From: the human T2T-CHM13v2.0 reference genome, Homo sapiens
DNA: 64,000 nt
Assembly (NCBI RefSeq): GCF_009914755.1
Contig: NC_060927.1
Strand: one strand, 5' to 3'
Part shown: piece after piece, positions 38,701-52,059 of the stretch
How positions within the stretch are numbered: position 1 is the first letter of the stretch
Layout of the letters: each line of letters starts with the position of its first letter
Made by a program: the position numbers and the translations under genes
The notes under the pieces: generated by a model
The model's input: the letters and a program-made list of their open reading frames with translations, nothing else
The model's database searches: none
What the model was told of the DNA's origin: nothing

Positions 38701-39374
38701 TGCCTCTTCTTCCTAAATAAAAAATAAGCTCCAAAGTAAGTTGGGATAGCAGAAAAGTTGGAAAAATCTTAATTATACATACCATGCTGCTAACTGTGGT
38801 ATTTAGGGAATGGAATCTAGTAGGAGAGAGATTTTATTTTAAGTACTTTTCTACTATTCAAACATGGATTATTTTGTAATAAAAAGGTATTTTAATGTAA
38901 GTTTAAGAGATAATAAAGCATTGTCCCCTAACTGTAACATTTTTACCAAAAATGTCAAGGAAAGGAAGAAGTTCAATAGAATTCACAGAAATAATACTTA
39001 TCTAAAGCAACTGCCTTTGAAACTTAAAACAGCAAACAAGAAAACAGAAAAGTCAGATGTCTCCTTCCAGTGTCTCCCCTTTTCATGTATTGATACTCAA
39101 TAGTTTCTTGCATTCTCAACAACAGAGAATTGAACACAGTTTTGTTTGTTAAGTTTGCTGCATTTTTGAGTGTAGTTTCCATTATCATTTTGAATAAAAC
39201 ATCTTTCCTTAAGCAAAAATGTTTCTGAAATTATTATGCAAATCAATAGGAAAATACAATTTTCTTAGAGAAATTCTGTTTTTCACATTTTTCAGGTTTA
39301 AAAAGCCTAGGCTTTAAAGTGGATTGCAAAAAAAAAATGAACAGGTCTCTTCTGTATCTATCATATATGGTAGC

Positions 39375-39896
39375 TGTGTTAGTCAGGTTTCTGCCGCCCT
39401 AATACTGTGTAACAAACAACCCTCAAACCCAGTTTCTTACAACTGCAAACATTTGTAGGTTTGTGGGTTTGCAGTTCAGTTGTGGTCTTGCTGACCTTGG
39501 CTGAATTTGGCTGAGCAAAGTTATATTTTTAAGCTTTAGGCCTAGATATATTTATGCTTTTGTCAGATTCAAGTCCACTTCATGTGTCTTTGTTCTGAGA
39601 CTTGGGCTGAAAGACTAATGACTCTCTGGGGCATGCTTTTCCCACAGCAAAGGGCAGAAACTCAACAGGACTGGTGAAATGTTACAATACTCTTAAAATT
39701 ATGGCTTAGAACTGGAACACAGTCATTTCTGCCCACTGATCAAAGCAAGTAGAATGGCCAGCCTCAAAGTCAATGGGGTAGGAATGCATACTGTCCCTCC
39801 ACAGGAGGAGTCACTACCAAGCCAAATGACAAAGGGCATGAACAGTTCTACCCTGGGGAGAAAGTGAGGCATTAAGAGCAGCATTTCTATCTACCT
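39375..39896 (-). mobile_element. MLT1H-family MaLR LTR
   Basis: tgtgttagtcagg...ctgtgtaacaaacaaccc...agaactggaacacagtcatttctgccca...aaagcaagt. Confidence 0.75.
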
Positions 39897-40201
39897 TGGT
39901 GGCTGAAGTATGATCAAATGGAAATCTACATTGTTTTCCCCACGTAGATTTTTCCGGTGTGCAAGATTGGAATTCCATAGCCACTGAGAACAAATTAAAA
40001 AGATGAGACTAACCAGACAATTTTCTTTGCAAATATGCTGATGGGATATCTGATGACAATTGATTCAACATCAATTGCTATGCAATCGTTATGAAAGATA
40101 TATTGTACTAAAAAAATTTAACTAAATAATATGGAAGCAATATTTTTGTTATTGTTGTTGTTGGCAGGGAGTACATAATATCTATGTAAGAAATAATGTA
40201 C

Positions 40202-40304
40202 CTTCAGACTTCCAGCCTCCAGAATTGTGAAAGAATCCATTTCTGTTGTTGTAGGCCACCCAGTTTGTGGTACTTTGTTATGGCAGCCATAGCAAACTAA
40301 TACA
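40202..40304 (+). mobile_element. MLT1A/B LTR 3' fragment
   Basis: gacttccagcctccagaattgtga...gccacccagtttgtggtactttgttatggcagccatagcaaactaataca. Confidence 0.85.
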
Positions 40305-40480
40305 TTAGCTTTGCAACTTAGGACAAAATACTTCAAAGTATGAAGTCTTAGTTTCCTTATCTTTAAAATGGCAGTGACATCAGTAGCTGTCTCATAGGGT
40401 TGGTGTGAGGTTTTGTTGGTAAAGTGTATAACATAGAGACCGGCATATAGGAAGTCTTCCCTACAGGTGTGTGAGCGTCA
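40305..40480 (+). mobile_element. MIR fragment
   Basis: cttagtttccttatctttaaaatgg...tctcatagggttggtgtgagg. Confidence 0.75.
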
Positions 40481-41060
40481 TCATCGTCATTATCAGTACT
40501 AACTAGTAATAGTTGTCTTCTCCCACATTTCTCTGTAGTAGTCAGTTTTTCGGTATGCCCATTTAATTTCCTGTAATCCTGTTTAAAGTGGATATATCCC
40601 TTACATGCCCATCCATGTCTGGGTCCTCACATGCTGCTTCAGTGTTCTCTTCATATCAGAGGCTGAATGTATGCTTGAAGAGGTTGTGACTATAGCCTTA
40701 AATAGCCCAGAGCATTTGGAAATGTTCTTTCAAGCCTTACTCTAATTTGGGGTTTGCCTTGTAATATATGTGCATTTGTTTAAATATAAAAATGGATGTT
40801 TAAATTACTACTTAAAATGCTTAATTTCTTTCTAAATCCTTAAGGGATAAGTCTGTGCCCCAGGAAAATACAACATAAGGCTTCTTGTGCCTTTACACTA
40901 CCCCTACCCCTGGTAGACTGCCACAGACTTCTGGGATTATTGGCATCCTAGATTAACAGTTTGAGTTTGAGGACTTCTTGTATATAGGTGCTTATGATCA
41001 TGTCTTATCTGAAATTCGACATTATGACCATTCTGTCTCTAAACATCAGTACCTCTAGAC

Positions 41061-41273
41061 CACTGGTTCTAAACCAGGGGTAACTGCCCCACCGAAAGGA
41101 CATTTGGCAAAGTCCAGAGGCATTTTTGGCTGTCACAACCTGTTTTGCTCCTTGGCATCTGGTGGGTGGAGACCAGGAATGCTGTTCAGTGTACTACAAG
41201 GTCCAGGAAAGACACCCATAGCAGAAAGTTATTCAGCCCAACTTGTCCACCATGTTAAGGCTGAGAAATCCTG
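41061..41273 (+). mobile_element. MER20 (hAT-Charlie)
   Basis: ggacatttggcaaagtccagaggcatttttggctgtcacaac...tggcatctggtgggtggagaccagg...gctgagaaatcctg; left flank ctctagac. Confidence 0.88.
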
Positions 41274-42049
41274 TTTTCAGCCATCCCTAGTATGATCACG
41301 CTATGTTTGAATATATCAGGCCACAGAGATTTCTACTTTTCATTAGGGTTCTTATAATATAATATTTTCTTTTTTCTTTTTTCTTCTGTCTTTCCACATA
41401 GATCCATATCATATATGTCTTTGTATTTCCTTTAACTCTCAGCACCCACCCTGGAAAGTAGTAGGTTCTTGATAAAATGTTTACGGCTGGAATCTACTGC
41501 TGTGAAAATGTCTTGGACCCATGTCACTTATAATGTACATATCTAAAAATATTTTCTCTCTTCTTCTGGTCTCAATAGCATCAGAAATGTATAGAGTTTT
41601 AGAGACAGCTGGGCTTTTAGAAAATGGGCCACAGATCACAAAGCTGAGGTTTTGAGAAATAATCCTCATCTCAGGACAGGTATATATTAAGTGGATACTG
41701 GTCAAGAATCAGGGTCCTAGTTCTGCCCTTTGCATCTGTGTATAAGCAGCTCCCATCCGGCCTTGACTTTCTTCTGTTCACGTAACTTGTAACTTTCCCC
41801 TAAGTCTTCAAAAGTGGTAAAATGGAAATAGTATGTTCATACCAATGGGCAATTTGCATTTAGTTCATTGTTCTGTGTCTACAGTCCTCCTGGAAGCATT
41901 TTCTAATGGTCTCAGATTTTCTAGATTTTTCTGACCAAATACTGACCAAATGTAGCAATCAATCAATCAATCTATCTATCTATAAATTAGTCAATTTTGG
42001 TGATACTTATGTGGGATCTATATTTGTTCTGATTCACCTGCTTTCCAAT

Positions 42050-42615
42050 GTGCACTCAGCATTCTTTTAGTTGAGGAAATGCAGTTCAAATTACTATAAG
42101 GAAAAATAAAGGGAAATTTATTGCCTAAATATTTTCAAAGCCCCAGAGTATTGCATATAGGGAGAAAAATGATGTTGTCATATTTCTGCCTCTCATTCTT
42201 ACTCCTGCTCTATTTTTCTGTGTTATATTTCATTTGTGATTGGAACCAAGGCTCAAACTGCTGTTGTTAGTGCTCCCTGCCCCTGTCCATCTCACAGACT
42301 GGCTCTTTCACTATGCAGAAAGATGGCCACCATCCATGCCTGCTGAGTGACCATGCCCCATAGCTTCTTTAGAACAGTCCTAGGAAGAATTTTAATTGGC
42401 CCTGTTTAGCTCATTTACCAACAACTGAACTAATCACTTTGGCCAAAGGAATTGGATTATTTGATCAGAGCCAACCACATCCTTCTGGCCATTGAAAGTG
42501 GAGATAGTCTCTGCCAACTGCATGGAATGGATTTCACAGAAGAAAGAGGTATTTTGTTACCAGGATAATGTGTGAGAAGACATCCTGGACAAGAAAATAT
42601 AGTAGAACTCCAATA
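42050..42615 (-). mobile_element. MLT1J/K-family MaLR LTR
   Basis: gggaaatttattg...aaagatggcc...taattggccctg...tgaactaatcactttggccaaagg...tgttaccagga. Confidence 0.6.
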
Positions 42616-43499
42616 TATTAGATGACCTATCACAGCCTCAACATGTGTCACTTTCTTCTAGAAGGCCTAGAATCATGCTTTAGACATGCTTTAAACCCCA
42701 GCAGTAATTGGTAAATATATATAATCACCAACTGAAGTAAATGTGTAGTAATTTACTATGTTAAGTATTGCCAATACAGGTTTATTTAGAAATATTTGCC
42801 AGCTTTCTTTTATTTAGAATGATTTGCCCGTAAACAGAACATTTATACTGTGCTAAAACATATATTCCCTGAGTATATAATATTGCTTTTTAAAATAAAA
42901 TTATGAAATGAAAGAGAAATAAGTGGGTATGGTATGGAGTATTTGCCTTTATAAGATCAGGTGTATCTTTTAGAATTACTTGATTTTTACCTGGCAAATT
43001 TTATGACAGTTCAATCAGAAGGACAAGCTCCTATGGGGTTCGGGAAATGCAATGAAAATTCCACCAGGCAACATTCAGAATTCAGGACCACGGTGGCTTT
43101 ATTCTCCATATCAGTGGCAACATCTAATTATAAAGAAAGAAATGTCAATGCCTTTTTTTTTTAATTGCTGGCTGGTGGTTGTATTAAATCTAACCTTAGT
43201 TGACAGGGACTACTCAAAATTCTCTCCTACAGAAATGTACAATCGAGCAAAGCATGAATATATCTTTGTCAAAACAGCAAGCAGGAGCCCTTGTTTAAAA
43301 ACTTAACAAAAGTACCTTCAGGCTCAGGCTCTGATGATACACTTAGTTGCAAATTCACTGGTGAGAAAAAGCATTTGGAAAGCTAAGATCTGTGAGGTAT
43401 ATAGTGTTATTTGTCACTCTGCGTTTAATTGTTCCTGTATATAGGTGGGTTGGAAGTTTCTAAGACTTGAATTGTATGTAGTTAAATATAATGTAACTC

Positions 43500-43623
43500 T
43501 GGTCCTGCTAGAATGTAAGTTCTGTAGGTGCAGATATTTTTGTCTGTTATGTTTACTACTGTACCCTCAGGGCTTACCATGTAAAAGTTGTTCAATAAAT
43601 ACTCATTTAATGAATGAATGAAT
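43500..43623 (+). mobile_element. L2a 3' end
   Basis: ctagaatgtaagttc...ttcaataaatactcatttaatgaatgaatgaat. Confidence 0.8.
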
Positions 43624-44810
43624 TGGGGTATTAGTCGTTAAAAATGAAAATCTCAATTTCTAAAGTTTTGCCTTTTCCAGAAAGTATTATAATTGAAATC
43701 ATACAATGTGGAGCCTTTTCAGACTGACTTCTTTCACTTAATAATATGCATTTAAGTTTTATCCATGTCTGTTTAGAGCTTGATAGTTTATTTCTTTTTA
43801 GCACGTAATAATATTCCATTGTCTGGGTGTATCTCAGTTTTATCTGTTCACCTACTGAACAACATCTTCATTGCTTCCAAATTTTGGTAATTATGAATAA
43901 AATTACTGTAAATGTGTGTGCAAGTTTTTGTGTGGACATTAGTTTCAAATCCTTTGGGTAAATATCAAGGAACACAATTAGTGAATCTTATGGTGAGAGT
44001 ATGTTTAGTTTTGTCAAAAACCACCAAACAGTCTTCAAAAGTGTCTGTAATATTTTGCATTCCCACCAGCAATGGTTAAGAGTTCCTGTTGTTCCAAACA
44101 TCCTCACCCAGCATTTAGTGTTGTCAGTGTTCTGAATTTTGGCCATTCTAATAGATGTGTAGTAATATCTAATTTTTTTTTAATTTGCATTTTTCTGATG
44201 ACATATGATCTGGAGCATCTTTTCATATGCTTATTTATAATTTCTATGCCTTCTTTGGTGATATTTTGTTAAGGTCTTTGGTCCACTTTTTAATCAGGTT
44301 GTTGATTTTTTATTGTTTAAAGAGTTTGTTTTACATTTTGAGTAACAGTCCTTTATCAGATATGCCTCTACAAATATTTTCACCAATTCTGTGGTTTGTC
44401 TTTTCATTCTCTTGATATTAAAAATATCAGAGAATGGACATTTTTAATTTTAATGAAACCCAACTTATCAATTTTTTCTTTTATGGAGCATACCTTTGCT
44501 GTCATATCTGAAAAGTAATCACCAAACCCAAGGTCATCTAGAATTTCTTTTATGTTATCTTCTAGGATTTTTATAGCTTTGCATTTTGCATTTAGGTCTG
44601 TAATCAATTTTGAGCTAATTTTTATGAAGAGTATAAAGTCTGTGCCTTGATTGATTGATTTTGCACATAAATGTCCAGTTGTTTCAATCTTATTTGTTAA
44701 CAACACTATCTTTCTCTATTGTATTTCCTTTGTTCATTGTTAAAGATCAGTTGACTATATCTATTTCTGGGTTCTCTGTTCTGTGTCAATGATTTATTTG
44801 TGTATTCTTT

Positions 44811-45116
44811 TTACCAATACCACACTGTCTTGGTTACTATAACTTTACAGTAAGTCTTGAAAGCAGATAGTGTCAGTCTTTCGACTTTATTTTTCTCCTT
44901 CAATGTCGTGTTGGCTATTCTGACTCTTTTGCCTCTCCATATAAGCTTCAGAATCAATTTGTCAATATCTACAAAATAATTTTCTGGGATTTTGACTGGG
45001 ATTACATTGAAATTATAGATCAAGCTGGGAACACCTGACATCTTGACAATATTAAGTCCTCTTTTCCATGAATATGGAATTTTTCTCCATTTATTTAGTT
45101 CTTTAATTTCTTTCAA
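44811..45116 (-). pseudogene. L1 ORF2p fragment (C-terminal part of the RT region)
   Basis: KWRKIPYSWKRGLNIVKM...IPVKIP...FKTYCKVIVTKTVWYW matches L1 ORF2p; disrupted by stops and frameshifts. Confidence 0.9.
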
Positions 45117-46834
45117 CAGAATTTTAAAGTTTTCCTCATATAAAGATATTTTGTGAGATTTGTACTAAGTATTTCATTTTGGGGGATGCTAATGTAAATG
45201 GTATTGTGTTTTTAATTTCAAATTACACCTGTTTGTTGCTGGTATATAGGAAAGTGATTGACTTTTGCACATTAAACTTGTATCATGTAACCTTTCTATA
45301 ATCCCTTATTAATTCCAGGTGTGTTTTTCAGTTAAATCTTTTGGATTTTCTACATAATCATGCCATTTGAGAACAAAGAGTTTTATTTCTTCCTTCTCAA
45401 TCAGTATACTTTGCTTTTCTTGTCTTATTCCATTAGCTAGGACTTCCAGTATGAACATTGAAAAGGAGTGGTGAGAGGCGACACCCTTGCATTGTTTTTG
45501 ATCTTAGTGGGAAAGCTTCTAGTTTCTCATCACTAAATATAATGTGAGCTGTAGGTGTTTTGTACATTTTAAAATCAAGTTGTACATTTTAAAATCAATT
45601 TCTAGTTTACTAAGTGTTTAATCATAAATGGGTGTTGGATTTTATTGAATGCTTTTTCTGCATCTACTCATATGATCATATGATTTTTCTTTAGCTTGTG
45701 GATATGATGAATTATATTAATTGATTTTCAAATATTGAATCAGCATTGCATACCTTGGATAAATCCCTCTTGATTATAGTGCCTAATTCTTTTTATACAC
45801 TGAATTTGATTGGATAATTTCTTGTTGAGGATTTTTGCCTCTAAGTTCATGAGAGATATTGGTCTGTAGATTTGTTTTCTTGTAATGTCTTTGTCTGGTT
45901 TTGTATTTGGGTGGTGCTGGACTTATTAAATGAGTTAAGAAGTATTTCTTCAGCTTTTGTCTTCTAAAAGAGATTGTAAAGAATTGATATAACTTCTTCC
46001 TTAAACATTTGATAGAATTCACCGGTGAACCCATTGAAGCCTGGTGCTTTCTGTTAGGGAAGCTATTAATGATTGTGTCAATTGCTTTAATAGATATCGG
46101 CCTATTTAAAATGTCTGTGTCTTCATATGCAAGTTTTGGCAGAGTGTGTCTTCCAAAGAATTGGTCCGTTTCATCTGTTATTAAATTTGTGAGCATTGAG
46201 TTGTACACAATCTTCCTTTATTATACTTTCAATGTACATGGGATCTGTAGCATGTACTAATATTAAAAATGAAAGGACATCATTTTTAATATTAGTAGTT
46301 TGTATCCATTCTCTTTATCTTCTTTTTTTTAAAATTAGCCTGGCTAGAGGATTATCATTTTAATTATCTTTTCAAAGAATCAGCTTTTGATTGAATTGAT
46401 TTTTCTCTACTGATTTCATGTTTTTAATGTTATTGATTTCTGCTTTAATGTTTATTATCTCTTTTCTGTTGCTTACTTGGGTTTAATTTGCTCTCCTTTT
46501 TCTCATTTACTAAGGTAGAAGCTTAGATAATTGATTTTAGATCTTTTAAAATTTTCTAATATATACATTCAATATATGCATTCAATGCTGTAAACTTCTC
46601 TCTTATGTCTGCTTTGACTGTATTCCAACAATTTTGGTAAGTTGTGTTTTTGTTTTCACTCATTTTATTTAGTTCAAAATATTTTAAAATTTATCTTGAG
46701 ATTTCTTCTTTGATCCCTGTGTTATTTAGGAATGTATTGTTTAATCTCCATGTATTTTGGGATTTTCTAGTTATCTTTCTGTTATTGAATTTTAGTTTAA
46801 TTTCATTGTGATCTGAGAGCAGACTTTTTATAAT

Positions 46835-47236
46835 TTATATTTTTAAAAATGTGTTATAGTATATTCTATGACCCAGCATGTGGCATATCTTTGTGAGTGT
46901 TTCATGTGAGTTGGAGAAGAATGTGTGTTCTGCTGTTGTTGGATGAAGAAATCTATAGATGTGAATTTTTTCTGGTTCACTTGTGGTGGTGGTGAATTCA
47001 ACTATGTCCTTTCTGATTTTCTGCCTGCTGGATCTATTCATTTCTAATATAAGGGTGTTGAAGTCTCCAACCATAATAATGGATTCATCTATTTCTCTTT
47101 GCAGTTCTGTCAGTTTTTGCTTAATGTATTTTGATGCTCTGTTATTAGGCACGTAGATAAAGATTATTATGTCTTCTTGGAGAATTGACTTCTTTATCAT
47201 TGTGCAATGTCTCTCTTTATCCTTGGTAACTTTCAT
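46835..47236 (-). pseudogene. L1 ORF2p endonuclease-domain fragment
   Basis: YVPNNRASKYIKQ, IMVGDFNT, HTFFS...KICHMLGH are APE-like L1 EN motifs; the conserved IDH motif reads ICH. Confidence 0.9.
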
Positions 47237-47273
47237 GCATTGTAGTCTGCCCTGTCTGAAATAATATAGCCAC

Positions 47274-47751
47274 TGTCTTAGTTTATTTTATGTTTCTATA
47301 ACAGAATACCTGACACTAGGTAATTTATAAAGAAAACAGGTTTATTTAGCTCATGGTTCTACAAGATGGGAAGTACAAGAAGCATAGCAGCAGCATCTGC
47401 TGGCTTTGGGTGAGGGCTTTCTGTGTAAAAGTTTTTTGTGCTGTGCCATAACACGATGGAGAATGTCAGTGGGGAAGCTGACACATAGGAAGAGGCAAAA
47501 CCCAAGAGGCATCCTGGCTCTGTAAACCCACTCTTATGGGAAATCATTCATTCCTGTGAGAATTAATCCAGTCTCACCAGAATGAGAACTCAATCACTAC
47601 TGCAAAAACAGCACCAAGTCAGCCATGAAAGCAGAAGCCTCATGACCCAAACACTTCCCACTAAGTCCCATCTCCTAACACCACCTCATTGGGGATCAAA
47701 TTTCAACAAAGTTTTGGTGAAGACAAAACAAACCATATCCAGACCACAGCA
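47274..47751 (-). mobile_element. MST-family (MSTB2/MSTC-like) solo LTR inserted in L1
   Basis: tgtcttagt...ggtaatttataaagaaaa...catgacccaaacacttccca...ggggatcaaatttcaaca...cacagca; 5-bp TSD gccac / gtcac. Confidence 0.9.
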
Positions 47752-49879
47752 GTCACACCCACTTTCTTTTAAATAATATTAGCATAGTATATTTTTCTCC
47801 ATTTATTTTTAATCTGTGGGTATCTGTGTATTTACAGTTGGTTTCTTGTAGACAACATCTAGTTGGGTCTTGTTTTTTATCCACTCTGACAATCCCTGTC
47901 TTTTGATTGGTATATTTAGACCATTGTTGCTCAAAGTGATTGTTGGTATACTTTCATTAATATGTACCATATTTGTTACTATTTCTATTTACTGTTTATG
48001 TTCTTTGTTCCTATTTTTGTCTGTGACTCTTTTTCTGCCTTGTGGTTTTAATGATACATATTTTATAATTCAATTCTCTCTCCTTTCTTTAGCACGCTAT
48101 ACTAAAGACTTATTTTATAACTTATTTAGTGGTTATACTTCTTTTTTCACTTATTTAGTGGTTATTCTAGAGTTTGCAATACACATTCACAATTAATCAA
48201 GCCAAATTTTAAATAACAATATACCACTTTATGGGTACTGTGAGTAACTTACAATAACAAAACAATACTAATTTCTTCCTCCCATCCTTTCTATCATTTC
48301 TCTAGTGAAATTTACTTATATATAAGCAAAAATAAGTATTAGATATCCTATATATGGTAATATGAGCATATGTAATTGATATGTTGTTACTTTTATTTTG
48401 AATAAATTGTTTTCTGTTAAATCAATGAAGAATAAAAAAACAAAAATTTTTATTTTACCCTCACTTAGTTTTTCTTCAATCCTTGTCTTTTCTTAATAGA
48501 TCTTTTTAAATAGAGTTTCTGACCCATATTTCTTCTCTCTAAAGAACTTTTAACACTTCTTTAAGGCATGTTTGCTGACTAATTCCCTCAGTTTGTGGTT
48601 GAGAAAAACTTTATTTCTTCTTCACTTTAAAGAATAATTTTGCAGACTACAAAAATCTACACTTCTGTTTTTTCTTTCAACCCTTCAAATATTTCATTTC
48701 TCTCTCTTTTTTGCTTGTGTAGTTTCTGAAGGGAAGTTGGTATAATTCTTATCTTTGCTCCTTTGCAGGTAAGGTGTCTTTTCCTTCTAACTTCTTTCAC
48801 GACTTTATCTTTCCTTTTCTGTAGTTTGAAAATGATGTGCCTAGGTGTAGGCATTTTTTTCTTTTCTTTTTAATTCTGCTTGGTGTTTTCTGACCTTTCT
48901 GGATCTGTGGTTTGGTGTCTGACATTAATTTGAATGAAATTTGCAGTCATTTTCTGTTTGTTAATTCCAGCATTCCTGACATGTCTGTTTCTGATGCTTG
49001 CTCTGACTTTTCAAACTATGTGTTTTGTCTTTTAGTATGCCTTGTAATTTTTGCTTGCAAACCAGACATTATGTACTGGGTAAAAGGAACTGCTGTAAAA
49101 AGATCTTAGTAAGGTGGTGGCAGAGTGTGAGAAGAGGGGAAGTGTCCTATGATTGGGTTTCAGGATTTTAGTAAGCCTATGCTCTGTACTGTGAACTTCA
49201 TGTTTTTCAGTTTTTTTCCTTCCCCCTTGGGTGATCAGAGTGAGCTGGAATTGGTATTTATCTTTTCTCACATGGAAAACTTGAGCTGACTGAAGTTGGG
49301 TACTGTCCTTTCCCCATGCCAGTTAGGCTCTGATAAAACCCCATCAAGTTAGGCTCTAGGTAATGAGTTTCTCCTAATGGTATACTTGGTTAAGAACATA
49401 GTGTTCTGGTATATTTCAAAATGGTTGCTTTTCTCCCTCTCCTGGTTGGAAGCACCAGGAGATTTCTCCAATATTCACTGTGAGAACCTGGTTGAGTTCC
49501 TGGAGGTTAAAGTCACAAAAATGTCAAAGGCCCCCCCCACCCCCCATGACCACATCCCCTTGTAGTTTTTAGCTCTCAGACTTGTCTACACCAACCCTTC
49601 AGCAATTCATTGATTACAGTAAAGGTTTTCCTACCTAGCACTTGTTGCTGGGAGCTTTTTGCCCTGGTATATTGTGATTCTCTGTATCCACCTATCTGTC
49701 TTTCCAATTCTGGGGACAGGATTTTGCCCTGTGACCTCATCTGTTTTATGGACCTAAAATTAGTTTGTGATTTTTCCATTCGTTGAGCTTTTTACTTGTT
49801 GTTTGGGTGAAGTGGCAACTTCCAAGCTTCTAAGATGTGGAACATGAATCCAGAAGTTCCTTTCTATTTTTGATTTCTA

Positions 49880-50260
49880 CTCTCCTTTGGGCTGGCTTAA
49901 TTCTTAGGAACTTTTCATCTGGTAGCAGAGATGATCATGGGAAAGCCCCCCACTTACACTGGCCTTTTGGTTAGCAACCCCAGAAAAATTAGTTTAACCT
50001 TCCAACCCCTTTGTCCACAGAATTTCCAAAAGTGATTGATTGTTCTTCTTTGATGATGTGCTCAGCTGTGGACCAACAGTTGTGTCCTGAGGGAGGGAGG
50101 GAGGGAAGGGATTTTTTTATAGATAGTTCTGAATCACGTGCCTTTGCAGAGGCGAAGAAGGCATAAGCAGGATTGGCAGCCCATGGGACTCATATGGAGT
50201 GAAAATGGGGCTAATCCCAAAAGAAAGGAGAGATTAAAAGCAACAATCACAAATGTTCAA
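49880..50260 (-). mobile_element. MLT1K/L-like LTR fragment
   Basis: tggtagcagagatg...ggttagcaaccccag...tgatgtgctcagctgtggaccaa. Confidence 0.5.
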
Positions 50261-50319
50261 ATATTCACTATATTGTATCTAACAGGCTTCCCATATAGAG
50301 CTCTAACTTATTTTAATGG

Positions 50320-50470
50320 TGAAATTTTTCAACTCCCTTTACGGGGAAACTGAAATTCTCAAGGCTGAAGTGATTTGCTCAAGGTCATCCAGCGAGTTAA
50401 TGACTAATCTATGAGATAACAAAGATATACAGTTACCTAGTCTACAGCCTGTTCTCACTGTATCATTTGG
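50320..50470 (-). mobile_element. MIR fragment
   Basis: ggggaaactgaaattctcaaggctgaagtgatttgctcaaggtcatccagcgagtta. Confidence 0.75.
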
Positions 50471-50989
50471 CCTCCCAGATGTCCTATAAACCCACTTCCT
50501 TTTTTTCCCTTTTACATCAAGCATAACTATTCCCATTTAGTAAATCATATCCTATTATAGAATTATAAAGTAGATTGGCCAATTGCAGATCTACATACAG
50601 TGTAAAACTGACCTTGAATGTAATGTGTTGGAATTCCATAACCCAGGTAAGCCCGAGAAAATGAACCATGACTTTTAATAGCACTGCACCACAAGGATTA
50701 TCTGAGGATGTCTTTTAATGTATTCTATAAGACAAAGGTGATTTTTAGGCATCACACCTTTCCAGAGATGATTTAAATTCATTCAATAACAAGGGTTTGT
50801 GCTTTATGAGCTGAAACTCTTAGTCGATAAACCCATTGGAAATCATTACAAGCACTGAGGTCCTGGTTATGTTCATTTCAGAACCCCTCTTAACAGTGTC
50901 TCTTTTGCAGCCAGTATACACGGTGATATTCTAGATCTTGTCCTCACAACTTTATGAAGAAGAAAATGACTACGAGGGGATATGAGGAA

Positions 50990-51220
50990 TGAAAAAGAAC
51001 ATAGGGCCAGGTGTCCATCAGGACTCTGTGACCCTAAGGAAGGCACAAATTCTCTCGGTCCCACTTTCCACATTGGTGAAATGTGGATATTTAGAGCTCA
51101 AAAGCGGAGAGATTCTGACAGTATTTGATAGCTATGTTACTACAATGCGACAAAAGTGGACTGAGCACGACCTTCAACTCCTGAAGACTAGAAAACGTCC
51201 CTAGATGATCTTTCCTTCAA
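50990..51220 (+). mobile_element. Highly diverged MIR/MIR3-like fragment
   Basis: ctgtgaccctaaggaaggcac...ctctcggtcccactttccacattggtgaaatgtggata aligns loosely to the MIR core. Confidence 0.45.
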
Positions 51221-52059
51221 CTACTACATTTGTTTGCAATTGGCATGAATTTCCATAGAAATAGACTATTAATAAAGTACAAATAAGTAGAAGCGGTGTC
51301 CCAGAAAACCAACATTGTCATTCACCTAAGGATGGAAGAAGGAAAAAGAACAATTAGTCACAAAATTGGTCTTCTTTACACTAATATGAAAATATATTAG
51401 GTAGCAAAATATTTACATAAAAAAGGGAAAAGTTAAATTTTATATGGATTTTCTCTTCAGTTAACTGAGCTTTCAGGAGATGTGCAAAAATACTCAGTGG
51501 TTATAATGCATTAGAATTTATTGCAGTAGAAATGAAAGTATAGTCACCATGACATAGTCACCCCCGATTAAAGATATAACCTAAAATTCCTTTATCGTTC
51601 CATGTGTCATGTGGAGATTAAAATGATTTTTAAGTGTTTTTATTCTTTTTTTGTGTGCTTCATTTTAAAAACCACAGATTTACACATAAAAAACCAGCAG
51701 TCTTTGGTGAATGCTAAAGAATTTGGGGGTAGGTTTTAAACTATGTCAATATTATGAAATAGTTTGAAAGAGATATATTATGTGTTTATTAAGGGGATGG
51801 AATGATGGCCGATTTGAATTTACTTCTATATCAATGTAGACAATCTGATACTTTGTCAGAAAAAAAAGAATATGTAGAATAACAACCAATGGCAAACAGA
51901 TAATAGCATGTTGACAGCCTTAAAATGAGATAGATGTTTTCTTTTTTCTCTCTTTAATATGTCTCTGATTTGTCATAAAATACCATAAAATATTGTCACC
52001 TACATGGTGATATTGTTACTCATGTTTTATAAAAAATATAATAGTTCCCAAATGATATT

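Larger units (their letters stand above)
43665..49857 (-). mobile_element. Near-full-length L1MC (L1MC1/2-like ORF2, L1MCa-like 5' end), degenerate, split by an MST LTR
   Basis: Continuous L1 homology: ORF2 remnants at 43631-47236, ORF1 remnant MPTPRHIIFKL at 48657-48854, and 5' UTR ending ...ttccaagcttctaagatgtggaacatgaatccagaagt. Confidence 0.92.

Noticed and set aside
43081-43101. REST/RE1-like TTCAGGACCACGG
   Set aside because: Only the left half matches; the required GGACAG right half is absent (GGTGGC)
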